This document shows, piece by piece, positions 9,822 to 19,138 of a DNA stretch of 64,000 bases. The notes beneath the pieces are model-generated. The model saw only the letters and a program-made list of their open reading frames with translations, made no database searches and had not been told where the DNA came from. Position numbers and translations under genes: made by a program. The stretch comes from an uncultured Gemmatimonadales bacterium (GTDB lineage: Bacteria; Gemmatimonadota; Gemmatimonadetes; Gemmatimonadales; GWC2-71-9), in contig CAWHFW010000005.1 in assembly GCA_963828735.1 (NCBI GenBank), forward strand, positions 1,280,001 to 1,344,000, read 5' to 3'. Position 1 is the stretch's first letter. Every line of letters begins with the position of its first letter.

Positions 9822-11155
9822 TCTCCGATCGAACGCGGTCCGTACTCGTCTGGATCACCTGGGCAGGGTGCCTCGCGATCTTGCTCGGCTTCATCGCGAG
9901 CGACGGCAGAAACCTTCCGTTCGAGGAAGATTGGCTCATGGTGGCCCCCATGACCGGCCACGAGGCCGATCTGCCGCGATGGCTCTGGAGCCAGAACAGC
10001 GAGCATCGGCTGCCGCTGCCACGACTCATGAACCTCGTGCTGCTTCGTGCCACGGGGGATTTTCGCGCCACCATGGTGTTCGATACCCTCCTCCTCGCGG
10101 CGGTGACAGCCGGGATGATCCTGGTGGCGCGGCGGGTCCGGGGGGGCCGGACGAAGCTGGCGGACGCGTTCTTTCCGCTGCTGCTCCTCCATCTGGGGCA
10201 GTGGGACAACCTGGTCTGGGCGTGGCAGATCCAGTTCGTCCTTCCGACGGTACTCGCCTGCGTACTGCTGTTGGTCATCGCCGCACGTCCGTCGCCGCCG
10301 ACCGGCATGGCGGCGGTCACCGCGGCGCTGGCCCTCGTCTCGCTTCCGCTGGCCGGCGCCAATGGTCTCGTTCTCACACCGGTGCTCGCCATCTGGCTGC
10401 TCTACGCGACCTGGGGTCAATCGGACGCCACCCTGCGGACTGCTCCGTTCCGCCGGCAGGCCGGCGCCGGCGCGCTCGCCGCCTGCTGCTTGTGCGGCGT
10501 GTATTTCATCGGATACGAGCCCTCGCCCTGGAATGAGCCCAGTCCCGGCTTGCTAGCCACGATCGCCACTACCGGGAAGTTCCTGGTGTTCGGACTGGGG
10601 CCCGCAACGGCAAAGGCGTGGGGGGTGTTCAGCCTGGTTACCGCCGCCATCATCGTGGCCGGCATCGGGGTGCTGGCCGGTGCCCTGCGGCGACGCGAGG
10701 GGGAGCGCGTTCGCGTCCTTGGCCTCTTGATGTTCTTCGCGGCGTTCATCGGGCTGGGGGCTGCGCTCGGCTGGGGGAGAGCTGGCCGGGTGGCCGCCAC
10801 TGGAAGGATGTCCCCGCGCTACGTGCTGCTCGCGGCCCCGCTCATGTGCGCGGCTTACTATTCGCTGCTACTCTACGGCACGGAGCGCCTGCGTCGTCTT
10901 GGCCCCGCGGCGCTGGCGCTGCTCGCGGCACTGCTCTTTCCGCTCAACACGCGGGAGGGCCTCAAGCGGCGCGACTGGTTCGGGGCGGGCATGACCGCGT
11001 TTGAGCGCGACCTCTCCGGCGGAGCGTCCATCGAGGAGCTCGCGGCGCGTCATCACGCATTCCTGCTGCACTGGGACGAGCCGCTCATGGTGACCAGCAT
11101 GCGGCAGCTCCGGGAGGCCGGGTTCCGCCCCTTCAGCCATCTTCCCGCCCCATGA
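9818..11155 (+). CDS. Polytopic membrane protein, possible GT-C glycosyltransferase
   Basis: Many TM segments; acidic PFEEDW right after the first TM, then QNSEHR, NLVWAWQIQF, SPRY. Confidence 0.6.
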   Translation: MISDRTRSVLVWITWAGCLAILLGFIASDGRNLPFEEDWLMVAPMTGHEADLPRWLWSQNSEHRLPLPRLMNLVLLRATGDFRATMVFDTLLLAAVTAGMILVARRVRGGRTKLADAFFPLLLLHLGQWDNLVWAWQIQFVLPTVLACVLLLVIAARPSPPTGMAAVTAALALVSLPLAGANGLVLTPVLAIWLLYATWGQSDATLRTAPFRRQAGAGALAACCLCGVYFIGYEPSPWNEPSPGLLATIATTGKFLVFGLGPATAKAWGVFSLVTAAIIVAGIGVLAGALRRREGERVRVLGLLMFFAAFIGLGAALGWGRAGRVAATGRMSPRYVLLAAPLMCAAYYSLLLYGTERLRRLGPAALALLAALLFPLNTREGLKRRDWFGAGMTAFERDLSGGASIEELAARHHAFLLHWDEPLMVTSMRQLREAGFRPFSHLPAP

Positions 11156-11171
11156 TCGGCACGCGCTGACA

Positions 11172-12521
11172 ATGGCGTTTCCATCGGTCGTCGTGCTCGG
11201 AGGCGGGCTGTCCGGCGTCGCCACCGCGTTCGCCCTCGCCGAGGCGGGGGCGACGGACGTGACTGTCATCGAGCGGGGTCCGACCCTCGGCGGCCTCGCC
11301 GGAAGCTTCGAGCGGGAGGGACACTTCTACCCGCTTGGCTACCATCACATTCTCCACCTGGACCGGGTGCTCCATTTCTTTCTCGACCAGCTCGGAGCTT
11401 TGGCGGACGTCCGCTGGCGCCGGGTCCGCATGCTGTTCCATCTCGGTGAACATGCGTACGATCTGGGCTCCCCGGGCGGCTTCCTCGGGTTCCCGATGTC
11501 GCTCCGCGACAAGGCGGGATTCGTCCGGCTGATGTTGAAGGCGTTCGGCAAGCGCGACTGGTCCGACTGGCAGGACCGCAGCGCGGCCGAGCTGGTGGAT
11601 ACGTACGCCGGTCCCGGGACCAGGACCGCTCTGTTCGAGCGGCTGACGCGTCTCAAGTTCGAACTGCCATGTGACGAAGTAAGCGGAGCATGGCTCGGCG
11701 CCCGACTGTACTTTCGCGAGGGATCGGCCCCGCTCGGGTACATTCCCGACGCAAACTGGACCAAGGTGCTGTGCGACGGCGTGACCCGTCTGCTCGCGGA
11801 GCGCGGCGTCACCGTCCGGCTCAATACCTCGGTGAACCGCCTGACGACCGCGGAAGGCAGGGTGCGCGAGGCGGAGCTCAGTACTGGCGAGCGCGTGGCC
11901 GCGGATCTCTTCGTGAGTACCGTTCCGACGGAGGTCTACCTCCGTCTGGCGGGCGGCGATCGTACGCCGGAGATCGAGCGGATCCGCTACTCGGCGCTGA
12001 TCTCGGTGGTCTGCGCCACCTTTCAGCGGCTGGATCCCCGAGCCTACTGGATCAACCTGGCCTCCCTGGACCGAACCGCCTGCGGCATCTTTCTGCTCAG
12101 TGCGCTAAACCCGACCATCGGAGGGCCGGGCGAAAGCTGCGTGAACTTCGTGACCCACCTGCGTGGTCGGGACCGTCCACTGTTCCACATGCCCGACGAC
12201 GAGTTGCTGTCCAGGTACCGAGACGATTTCCGGGCGGTCTTCGGCTTCGAGTTGGACCCGTTCTGGACGCATATCGCCCGGGTGCCGATGTATTCACCCG
12301 TGTTCGGACGCAGCTACCGGAACCCGCCGGTTCGGAGCGCCTCGTGGGAGAACGTTTACTTCGCCGGCAACTATCGAACCTTTCCTTCCATCGGGTCCAC
12401 AGGGACAGCGCTGGGTTCGGGGCTCGACACGGGCGAAGCGATCCTCGGCGATCTCGGCATTCGCACCCGGTTGGCCGCCGCCGCCCGCACCTTCCGGCTC
12501 AGGAGGATGCCTCGTGCCTGA
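11172..12521 (+). CDS. FAD-dependent oxidoreductase (amine oxidase/protoporphyrinogen oxidase-like), function unknown
   Basis: VVVLGGGLSG Rossmann motif, IERGPTLGGLAGS, GYHH, NVYFAG. Confidence 0.8.
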   Translation: MAFPSVVVLGGGLSGVATAFALAEAGATDVTVIERGPTLGGLAGSFEREGHFYPLGYHHILHLDRVLHFFLDQLGALADVRWRRVRMLFHLGEHAYDLGSPGGFLGFPMSLRDKAGFVRLMLKAFGKRDWSDWQDRSAAELVDTYAGPGTRTALFERLTRLKFELPCDEVSGAWLGARLYFREGSAPLGYIPDANWTKVLCDGVTRLLAERGVTVRLNTSVNRLTTAEGRVREAELSTGERVAADLFVSTVPTEVYLRLAGGDRTPEIERIRYSALISVVCATFQRLDPRAYWINLASLDRTACGIFLLSALNPTIGGPGESCVNFVTHLRGRDRPLFHMPDDELLSRYRDDFRAVFGFELDPFWTHIARVPMYSPVFGRSYRNPPVRSASWENVYFAGNYRTFPSIGSTGTALGSGLDTGEAILGDLGIRTRLAAAARTFRLRRMPRA

Positions 12522-13440
12522 GCCGATGATCGCCGCCGACATTGACACGCCGCGTCCGCGCTCGCGCACCCTCGCCTTGGTGCAGGCGCTGCGTCCCCAT
12601 CAATGGGTGAAGAACCTGCTGGTGTTCGTTCCGGTTGTGCTCGATCACCGGCTGTCCGACGCCGAGACCATGGCCCGCGCCGGTACCGCTTTCCTGGCCT
12701 TCTGCTGTGCCGCATCCAGCGCCTACATCCTCAACGACGTCTTCGACCTGCAGGCCGACCGACAGCACCCCACCAAACGAAACCGCCCGTTCGCGTCGGG
12801 AGCGCTCGAGCCCGCGGTCGGGCTGGTGCTCGTGCCGCTGCTGCTGGCCGTGGCCGTGGGCATCAGCTGGTCCACCCTGCCGCGACCTTTCACGGCACTC
12901 CTCGCCCTATACGTCACGCTCACGAGTGCGTACTCCCTCTACCTGAAGCGCATTGCGGTGGTGGACGTGCTGCTGCTCGCAGGCCTGTATACGCTCAGGG
13001 TCCTCGCGGGCATCGCGGCCGCCGAGGTGCGATTCTCCACCTGGCTGTTGGCATTCGCCATGTTCCTGTTCCTGAGCCTCGCCTTCCTCAAGCGCTACAC
13101 CGAGGTGAGCGCGATGGACGGCGCCGCCACGGAGCAGGTGCGGCGCCGTGGCTACCTGCGCGGCGATCGCGAGTGGCTCGGCTCCATGGGCGGCGCCAGC
13201 GGTTATCTGTCCGTGCTGGTTCTCGCGCTCTACATCAACAGTGAACAGGTCGTGGCCCTCTACCGGCGGCCGCTCGCGCTCTGGCTTGTGTGCCCCCTGC
13301 TGCTGTTCTGGACCAGCCGCATGTGGCTCCTCGCGCATCGGGGGAAGATTCACGACGACCCGATCGTCGCCACGGTGCGCGACCCGGCGAGCTACGTGAT
13401 CGGCGCGCTCGTCGCCGCCGTCATGTACCTGGCGCTCTAG
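12514..13440 (+). CDS. UbiA-family polyprenyl-phosphate 5-phosphoribosyltransferase (Rv3806c/NoeC-like)
   Basis: AGGAGG at 12501-12506 before GTG 12514; LRPHQWVKNLLVF, YILNDVFDLQADRQHPTKRNRPFASG, KRYTE, HDDP motifs. Confidence 0.9.
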   Translation: MPEPMIAADIDTPRPRSRTLALVQALRPHQWVKNLLVFVPVVLDHRLSDAETMARAGTAFLAFCCAASSAYILNDVFDLQADRQHPTKRNRPFASGALEPAVGLVLVPLLLAVAVGISWSTLPRPFTALLALYVTLTSAYSLYLKRIAVVDVLLLAGLYTLRVLAGIAAAEVRFSTWLLAFAMFLFLSLAFLKRYTEVSAMDGAATEQVRRRGYLRGDREWLGSMGGASGYLSVLVLALYINSEQVVALYRRPLALWLVCPLLLFWTSRMWLLAHRGKIHDDPIVATVRDPASYVIGALVAAVMYLAL

Positions 13441-13441
13441 G

Positions 13442-14746
13442 GTGCGCACGTATCGATCATGGGGGCGGTACCCCGACGCCCGGCCGGCCGCCGTGGTTCC
13501 CGTCGTCTGGCGCTCCGATTGCGCGGCGCTCGAGCGCGCGGCGAGCCCGGTACTTCCCTACGCCTGGGGCCGCAGCTATGGCGACAGCTGTCTCAACGAC
13601 GGGGGCACGCTGCTCGACGTGCGGGGACTCGACCGCCTGATCGCGTTCGACGAGACGTCGGGGGTGCTTCGCTGCGAGGCCGGCGTCAGCCTGGCCGAGA
13701 TTCTCGACCTCGTCGTGCCGCGCGGCTGGTTCCTCCCGGTCGTGCCGGGCACGCGCTGGGTGTCGGTGGGCGGCGCGATTGCCAACGACATCCACGGCAA
13801 GAATCACCACCGTGCCGGAACGTTCGGGGTGCACGTGACCCGACTGGAACTCGCCCGGTCCACGGGCGAGCGCGTCGTGTGCGCTCCCGAGGACGCCTTG
13901 TTCCAGGCAACGGTCGGAGGCCTGGGGCTCACCGGTCTGATCCTCTGGGCGGAGCTCCGCCTCAAGCGCGTGCCCGGCGGCGGCATCGAGATGGAACGGA
14001 TCCGGTTTTCCGGACTCGACGGATTCTTCGACCTGGCTGCCGAGGACGACGCGTACGAATACACCGTCGCGTGGGTGGACTGCTTGGCGCGCGGCGCGCG
14101 GCTGGGTCGCGGGATCTACATGCGCGGCGATCACGCGGCCTTCGACGGATCATCCGCTTCGCCGCTCGACGCGACGCGGATCCGCATACCCGCGGAGGCA
14201 CCAGCCGGCTTGATCAACCGGCTCACGATGGGCGTGTTCAACGAGGCCTACTACCGGCGCCATGTTCGGAGGCGGGAGCGGGTGACGGTCCCGTACGCCC
14301 CCTTCTTCTTTCCGCTGGACGCCGTTGCGGACTGGACCCGACTCTACGGGCCCGGGGGGTTTCTTCAGTACCAATGCGTCGTGCCCGACGCGTCGGGCGC
14401 GGGGCCCATCCGTGCTCTCTTCGAGCGCATCAGTCACTCGGGCGAGCCCGCGGCCCTCGCGGTTCTCAAGCGGTTCGGTGCGGTGCGTTCGCCCGGCTGG
14501 TTGTCATTCCCACGCGCGGGCATCACCCTCGCCGTGGACTTTCCCTACCGTGGCGGACGGACCCTGGCGCTGCTCGACGAGCTGGACGCAGTGGTGCGTG
14601 ATGCCGGGGGCGCGGTCTACCCGGCCAAGGACGCCCGGATGAGCGCCGGAAGCTTTTCGGCGTTCTTCCCCGCGGCCTCCCGACTGGAGGCTCAGCGGGA
14701 TCCCAAGTTTTCCTCGTCCTTCTGGCGGAGGGTGCATGCCGCCTGA
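13442..14746 (+). CDS. dprE1: DprE1-like FAD-binding oxidase (polyprenylphosphoryl-ribose 2'-oxidase)
   Basis: GRSYGD, PGTRWVSVGGAIANDIHGKNHH, GGLGLTG, FLQYQ, VLKRFG, LSFP, VYPAKD; lies between UbiA and an SDR. Confidence 0.85.
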   Translation: MRTYRSWGRYPDARPAAVVPVVWRSDCAALERAASPVLPYAWGRSYGDSCLNDGGTLLDVRGLDRLIAFDETSGVLRCEAGVSLAEILDLVVPRGWFLPVVPGTRWVSVGGAIANDIHGKNHHRAGTFGVHVTRLELARSTGERVVCAPEDALFQATVGGLGLTGLILWAELRLKRVPGGGIEMERIRFSGLDGFFDLAAEDDAYEYTVAWVDCLARGARLGRGIYMRGDHAAFDGSSASPLDATRIRIPAEAPAGLINRLTMGVFNEAYYRRHVRRRERVTVPYAPFFFPLDAVADWTRLYGPGGFLQYQCVVPDASGAGPIRALFERISHSGEPAALAVLKRFGAVRSPGWLSFPRAGITLAVDFPYRGGRTLALLDELDAVVRDAGGAVYPAKDARMSAGSFSAFFPAASRLEAQRDPKFSSSFWRRVHAA

Positions 14747-15488
14747 CGCGCCCAGGCGGGTGCTCATCATCGGCGCGACCTCGGCGATCGCGGCGGAAAC
14801 CGCCCGCGCCTACGCCGCGTACGGAGCCCGGCTCTTCCTCACCGGCCGGAATCCGGAGCGGCTGCAGGCGGTGGCCGAGGATCTCAAGGTGCGCGGCGCC
14901 TCGGCGGTGGAGACCGCGGTGGTCGATGTGACCGACCGGCGTCGCGCCGCCGAGATGATTGACGCGGCCTGGTCGGCGTTTGGAGGCCTCGACGTGGCCC
15001 TCCTCGCCCACGGCGTGCTCCCCGATCAACAGCGGTGCCAGGCCAGCGCCGACGAGACGGCCGCCGCCCTCGAGGTCAACTTCGTCTCGACGGCCGCGCT
15101 CCTGACGCCGCTCGCCGAGCGCTTCGAAGGTGCGCGCGCCGGATGCATCGCCGTCATTACGTCGGTCGCGGGGGACCGGGGCCGGCAGAGCAACTACGTC
15201 TACGGCGCCGCCAAGGGCGGGCTGGACCGGTTCCTGGAGGGTCTTCGGAACCGGCTGTTCCACTCGGGCGTCGCGGTGGTTACCCTCAAGCCCGGCTTCG
15301 TGGATACGCCGATGACCGCCGGGCTCCCGCAGGGGCCGCTGTTCGCCAGCGCGCGAACGGTGGGAAAAGCCATCCACCGGGCGATCGAACGACGGAGAAA
15401 CGTCGCTTACGTCCCGTGGTTCTGGCGGCCGATCATGATCGTCGTGCGATCGCTGCCGGAGGGCGTATTCAAACGCCTGCGTCTGTAA
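14736..15488 (+). CDS. dprE2: DprE2-like short-chain dehydrogenase/reductase
   Basis: GATSAIA, SVAGDRGRQSNYVYGAAK (YxxxK), KPGFVDTPMT; overlaps dprE1. Confidence 0.85.
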   Translation: MPPDAPRRVLIIGATSAIAAETARAYAAYGARLFLTGRNPERLQAVAEDLKVRGASAVETAVVDVTDRRRAAEMIDAAWSAFGGLDVALLAHGVLPDQQRCQASADETAAALEVNFVSTAALLTPLAERFEGARAGCIAVITSVAGDRGRQSNYVYGAAKGGLDRFLEGLRNRLFHSGVAVVTLKPGFVDTPMTAGLPQGPLFASARTVGKAIHRAIERRRNVAYVPWFWRPIMIVVRSLPEGVFKRLRL

Positions 15489-15546
15489 TCGGGTCCGCTC
15501 GAGAGAGAGAAGGCCCGTTGTAACCGCTTCCTTCATCGGGAACACC

Positions 15547-17199
15547 ATGCACCCGCGTCCGCTGACACTCGCCCTCGCTGTTGCTTCGATCGCCTCGCCA
15601 CTCCTCGCCCAAACGTCTGCTCCCAGCCCGGCCACTCAGGTCGCCCGAGCACTCGATGCGAAGGTCCTCAAGACCCATCTCGAGTTCCTGGCCGACGACG
15701 CGCTCGAAGGGCGCGCGCCCGGTACGCGCGGCGGAAAGCTCGCCGCCAAGTACATCGCGGCGCAGTTCGAGCGCCTGGGCCTCGAGCCGGTGGGCGACAG
15801 CGGGACCTATTTCCAGCACGTGCCGATCATCGCGCTGACGCCCGAGCCCACGCTTGCCGTCCAGGGCGCCTTGGCCGCGCCGCTCGCGTGGAAGAAGGAT
15901 TTCGTGATGTGGTCCATGCGGAACGATTCGCTGGTGAACGCGCGCGGGGATGTCGTATTCGCGGGCTATGGCATCGTCGCACCCGAATACGGGTGGAACG
16001 ATTACGCGGGGCTCGACGCCAAGGGCAAGATCGTGGTGGTCCTGGTCAATGACCCCGGCCTCCAGGACTCGACCATCTTCCGTGGGAAGATCCTCACGTA
16101 CTACGGTCGGTGGACGTACAAGATCGAGGAGGCGCAGCGGCAGGGCGCGGCCGGCCTTCTGATGGTGCACACGACGGAGAGCGCGAGCTACCCATGGACC
16201 ACCGTGCTCTCCGGGTGGGTTGGCCCCCAGGTCCGGCTGGAGCGCGAGCCGGGATCACTGGTGGTCGCCGGGTGGCTGCAGCACGATGCAGCAGGGAGAC
16301 TCTTCGCCCAGGGCGGTCAGGACCTGGCGGCCCTGACGGCCGCGGCGGCGCGCAAGGGATTCCGCTCGGTTCCTCTCAAGCTGCAGCTCGACGCGAGCGT
16401 GCGGAGCGCCATCCGGCGCTCCGAGACCGAGAACGTGCTCGGCCGGTGGCCGGGGAAAGGCCACCTCGCGCAGGAAGCCGTGCTGATCGGCGGCCACTAC
16501 GATCACTTCGGTATCGGGGCGCCGGTCAACGGGGACTCGATCTACAACGGCGCGGAAGACAATGCGTCGGGAACGGCTGGCGTCCTGGCGACGGCCGAGG
16601 CGTTCGTCCGGAGCGGTGTCCACGCCGCCCGCTCCGTGGTCTTCGTGGCGTTCGCGGCGGAGGAGTCGGGCCTGCTGGGCTCCCAGGCACTCGCCGCCGC
16701 GCCACCTTTCCCCCTCAAGGATATGGCTGCCATCCTCAACGTGGACGTCCTCAACGTCTACGGCCGGACCCGCGATTTCTCGGCTCTTGGTCTCGATCAA
16801 TCCTCCCTCGGCGCCGCCATCAACCAGGCCGCTGCGGCCGAGGGGCTCAAGGTGACTACCAACCAGGAGGCTCTGTTCCGGGGCGCATACTTCCGCTCGG
16901 ATCACTTCTCGCTGGCCAGGGCCGGCGTCCCTGGTACCAGCCTGGAAAGCGGTTTGGACTACGTTGGCCACCCGGCAGGCTGGGGGCAGGAACAGCACGA
17001 CAAGTACAACGCCGAGCGCTACCACCAGCCGAGCGACCAGGTTCAGCCCTGGTTCAACTACGACGGAGCATTGCAGCAGCTTCGCGTCATCATCAGGACA
17101 GCAATGATCGTTGGCAATGCGGCCGCACAGCCTAAGTGGAGCACTGGCTCGGAGTTCCGCCAAGCCGGCGAATCCCGCCTGTCAGCTGGAACCCGGTAG
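15547..17199 (+). CDS. Secreted M28-family metallopeptidase with PA domain
   Basis: Signal peptide; LADDALEGR, GGHYDH, NGAEDNASG, AAEESG, FRSDH, YHQPSD zinc-ligand motifs. Confidence 0.93.
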   Translation: MHPRPLTLALAVASIASPLLAQTSAPSPATQVARALDAKVLKTHLEFLADDALEGRAPGTRGGKLAAKYIAAQFERLGLEPVGDSGTYFQHVPIIALTPEPTLAVQGALAAPLAWKKDFVMWSMRNDSLVNARGDVVFAGYGIVAPEYGWNDYAGLDAKGKIVVVLVNDPGLQDSTIFRGKILTYYGRWTYKIEEAQRQGAAGLLMVHTTESASYPWTTVLSGWVGPQVRLEREPGSLVVAGWLQHDAAGRLFAQGGQDLAALTAAAARKGFRSVPLKLQLDASVRSAIRRSETENVLGRWPGKGHLAQEAVLIGGHYDHFGIGAPVNGDSIYNGAEDNASGTAGVLATAEAFVRSGVHAARSVVFVAFAAEESGLLGSQALAAAPPFPLKDMAAILNVDVLNVYGRTRDFSALGLDQSSLGAAINQAAAAEGLKVTTNQEALFRGAYFRSDHFSLARAGVPGTSLESGLDYVGHPAGWGQEQHDKYNAERYHQPSDQVQPWFNYDGALQQLRVIIRTAMIVGNAAAQPKWSTGSEFRQAGESRLSAGTR

Positions 17200-17303
17200 C
17201 GCCCACGGGCGGCTGGACCTGGAGCCAGCCGCCCTACCGTCCTCGGGCGGTCCCGCCTATCTTCCCGGCCGCTTACGCCCTGACCGCCTCCCCAGGAGCG
17301 TTT

Positions 17304-18410
17304 CTGGATCTGCCCCATCAGCATCGGATTCCGCTCAGCTGGCTCCTCGAGAACGGCGGACCGTCCATTCGGTACCGCGCGCTCACCGAGCTGGCGCCGG
17401 CGGGCTACGCCCCGCCCGAAACGATCGCCGCCGCTCACACGGCGGTGGTCGAGTCCAAGGCTGCCCTGGCGGTAGTCAAGAAGCAGAAGGACACGGGCGT
17501 CTGGGGCGGGAACCTGCTGGGCCTTGCCGCTTCGGCAGCTCAGGGCATCAAGGATATCGGGACCATTCCACAGTACCGCCGGCTCCTGCAGCTCGGCTGG
17601 CCGCGGGCGGGGCGTCCGTACAAGTTGGGTGATCGAGTGCTCTTCCGGCTCCTGAGCCGGGATGAGGACCCGGCGCTGCTCTTCGAGTTCCAGAAGACCA
17701 GCAAATCCGACGAGGCGGCGGAGACGTGGGCGCGCGACATCATGCGAGAGGCCGCATGCGCGGCCCTCGCCGAGGCCGGCTATGCCGACGACCCGCGGCT
17801 CCGGGGTGCCGGCCACAAGATCGCCAACTCCATCTCGCAGTTCCTCCGGAGTCCGGTCGCCGAAAAGCCGTTCATCAAGTCCGGCACCCAGATGGTCCTC
17901 CACCCCGAGGCCCATCCGCCGAGCTGGTATTCCGTGGCGATGCTGTCCTTCATGCCCAACCTGCAGCGCGAGCGCGCCGGGTTCACCGAACGGCTGGGGC
18001 ACTACCTCGCGCAGCCGGCGCCGAAGAAGGCATTTGCCATCCAGGTCGGCAAGCGAACGGTCAAGCCGCAGCACCTCCTGCTGGGCGACCCGATCGACGC
18101 CGACGCCAAAGGCCAGCCGACCGACATTCCGCTCGCGCTGCACTACATCGAGCTGATGTCGCGGATGGGGGCCCTTCCCTGGGCGCCAGTGGCATCGCGG
18201 GTGCTGGGGCGACTGCTCAAGGACTGCGACGAGGTCGGGATCTGGCGGCCCAAGAATCTTCGGTCGCAGCCCAAGGCGATCAACAAGATCACCTATCACT
18301 ACTATCCGCTGCAGGTCGACGCCAAGACCACCGAGGGTCGCGAAGTGGATGTCACCTTCCGCTTGGCACTCATTGCCAAGCTGCTCGGGTGGGCTACCGA
18401 CTACGTATGA
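17304..18410 (+). CDS. Hypothetical protein, probable alpha/alpha-barrel (prenyltransferase/terpene-cyclase-like repeats); start uncertain (CTG 17304 or GTG 17136)
   Basis: Long ORF with typical codon use; WLLENGGPSIRYRALTEL N-terminus; QKDTGVW and DEVGIW resemble QW motifs; AGGAG at 17294-17298. Confidence 0.65.
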   Translation: MDLPHQHRIPLSWLLENGGPSIRYRALTELAPAGYAPPETIAAAHTAVVESKAALAVVKKQKDTGVWGGNLLGLAASAAQGIKDIGTIPQYRRLLQLGWPRAGRPYKLGDRVLFRLLSRDEDPALLFEFQKTSKSDEAAETWARDIMREAACAALAEAGYADDPRLRGAGHKIANSISQFLRSPVAEKPFIKSGTQMVLHPEAHPPSWYSVAMLSFMPNLQRERAGFTERLGHYLAQPAPKKAFAIQVGKRTVKPQHLLLGDPIDADAKGQPTDIPLALHYIELMSRMGALPWAPVASRVLGRLLKDCDEVGIWRPKNLRSQPKAINKITYHYYPLQVDAKTTEGREVDVTFRLALIAKLLGWATDYV

Positions 18411-18451
18411 TGGCATTGCGGGAAGCGGCGTAGCACCCCAAACTACTCTCC

Positions 18452-19138
18452 ATGCCCCGCATCAACCTGACGCATTTCGGGTTCACTCCCACCGAGAGCC
18501 TGGTGTACGAAGTCCTGCTTACCGGCGGCCCCGGGACGGGATATGCCATCGCCCGGTCTGCAGGACTGGCGCGCGCCAATGCCTATAGCGCTCTCGAGGG
18601 TCTCGTCGCCAAAGGGGCGGCCCGCGTAGAAGGGGGCCGCCCCAAGCGCTACCGACCCGAGACTCCCGCGGCCCTGCTCGCGAGGATCTCGACTGATCAC
18701 GGGCTGGCGCTGGAGCAGTTGAGCCACGACCTGGAGGAGGTGTCCGTGCCCGCCACCCCGACGCTCGTGGAGATCGAGTCCGGGCGGGCCGTCCTGCAGC
18801 TCATCACCCATGACGTGGCCCGTGCCGCGAGCTCGGTGGCGCTCCTCGCGCCAGCCGATGCTTTCCCGCTGCTCGCACCAGCACTCCGCCGCCCCTACTC
18901 GGCCGGACTTCCCGTCGTGCTCTGTGCCACGAGCCCGGTGGACCTCGGCTTCGCCGTGGTCGAGGTGGTGCGCGCAGACCATCCATGGCCCGGCATGCCC
19001 ATCATCAGCGTCGTCGACGAGCGGAGCGCGATCATGGCCACGCGCCAGGGTGCCGAGGTACGCGGCCACTGGAGCACCGCAACCGCCTTCGTGGCCGGCG
19101 CGCGGCTCGCCCTCGAACACTTCCGCGGCACGCCATGA
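18452..19138 (+). CDS. TrmB-family transcriptional regulator
   Basis: FGFTPTESLVYEVLL..GPGTGYAIARSAGLARANAYSALEGLVAKG winged HTH; PKRYRP. Confidence 0.85.
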   Translation: MPRINLTHFGFTPTESLVYEVLLTGGPGTGYAIARSAGLARANAYSALEGLVAKGAARVEGGRPKRYRPETPAALLARISTDHGLALEQLSHDLEEVSVPATPTLVEIESGRAVLQLITHDVARAASSVALLAPADAFPLLAPALRRPYSAGLPVVLCATSPVDLGFAVVEVVRADHPWPGMPIISVVDERSAIMATRQGAEVRGHWSTATAFVAGARLALEHFRGTP

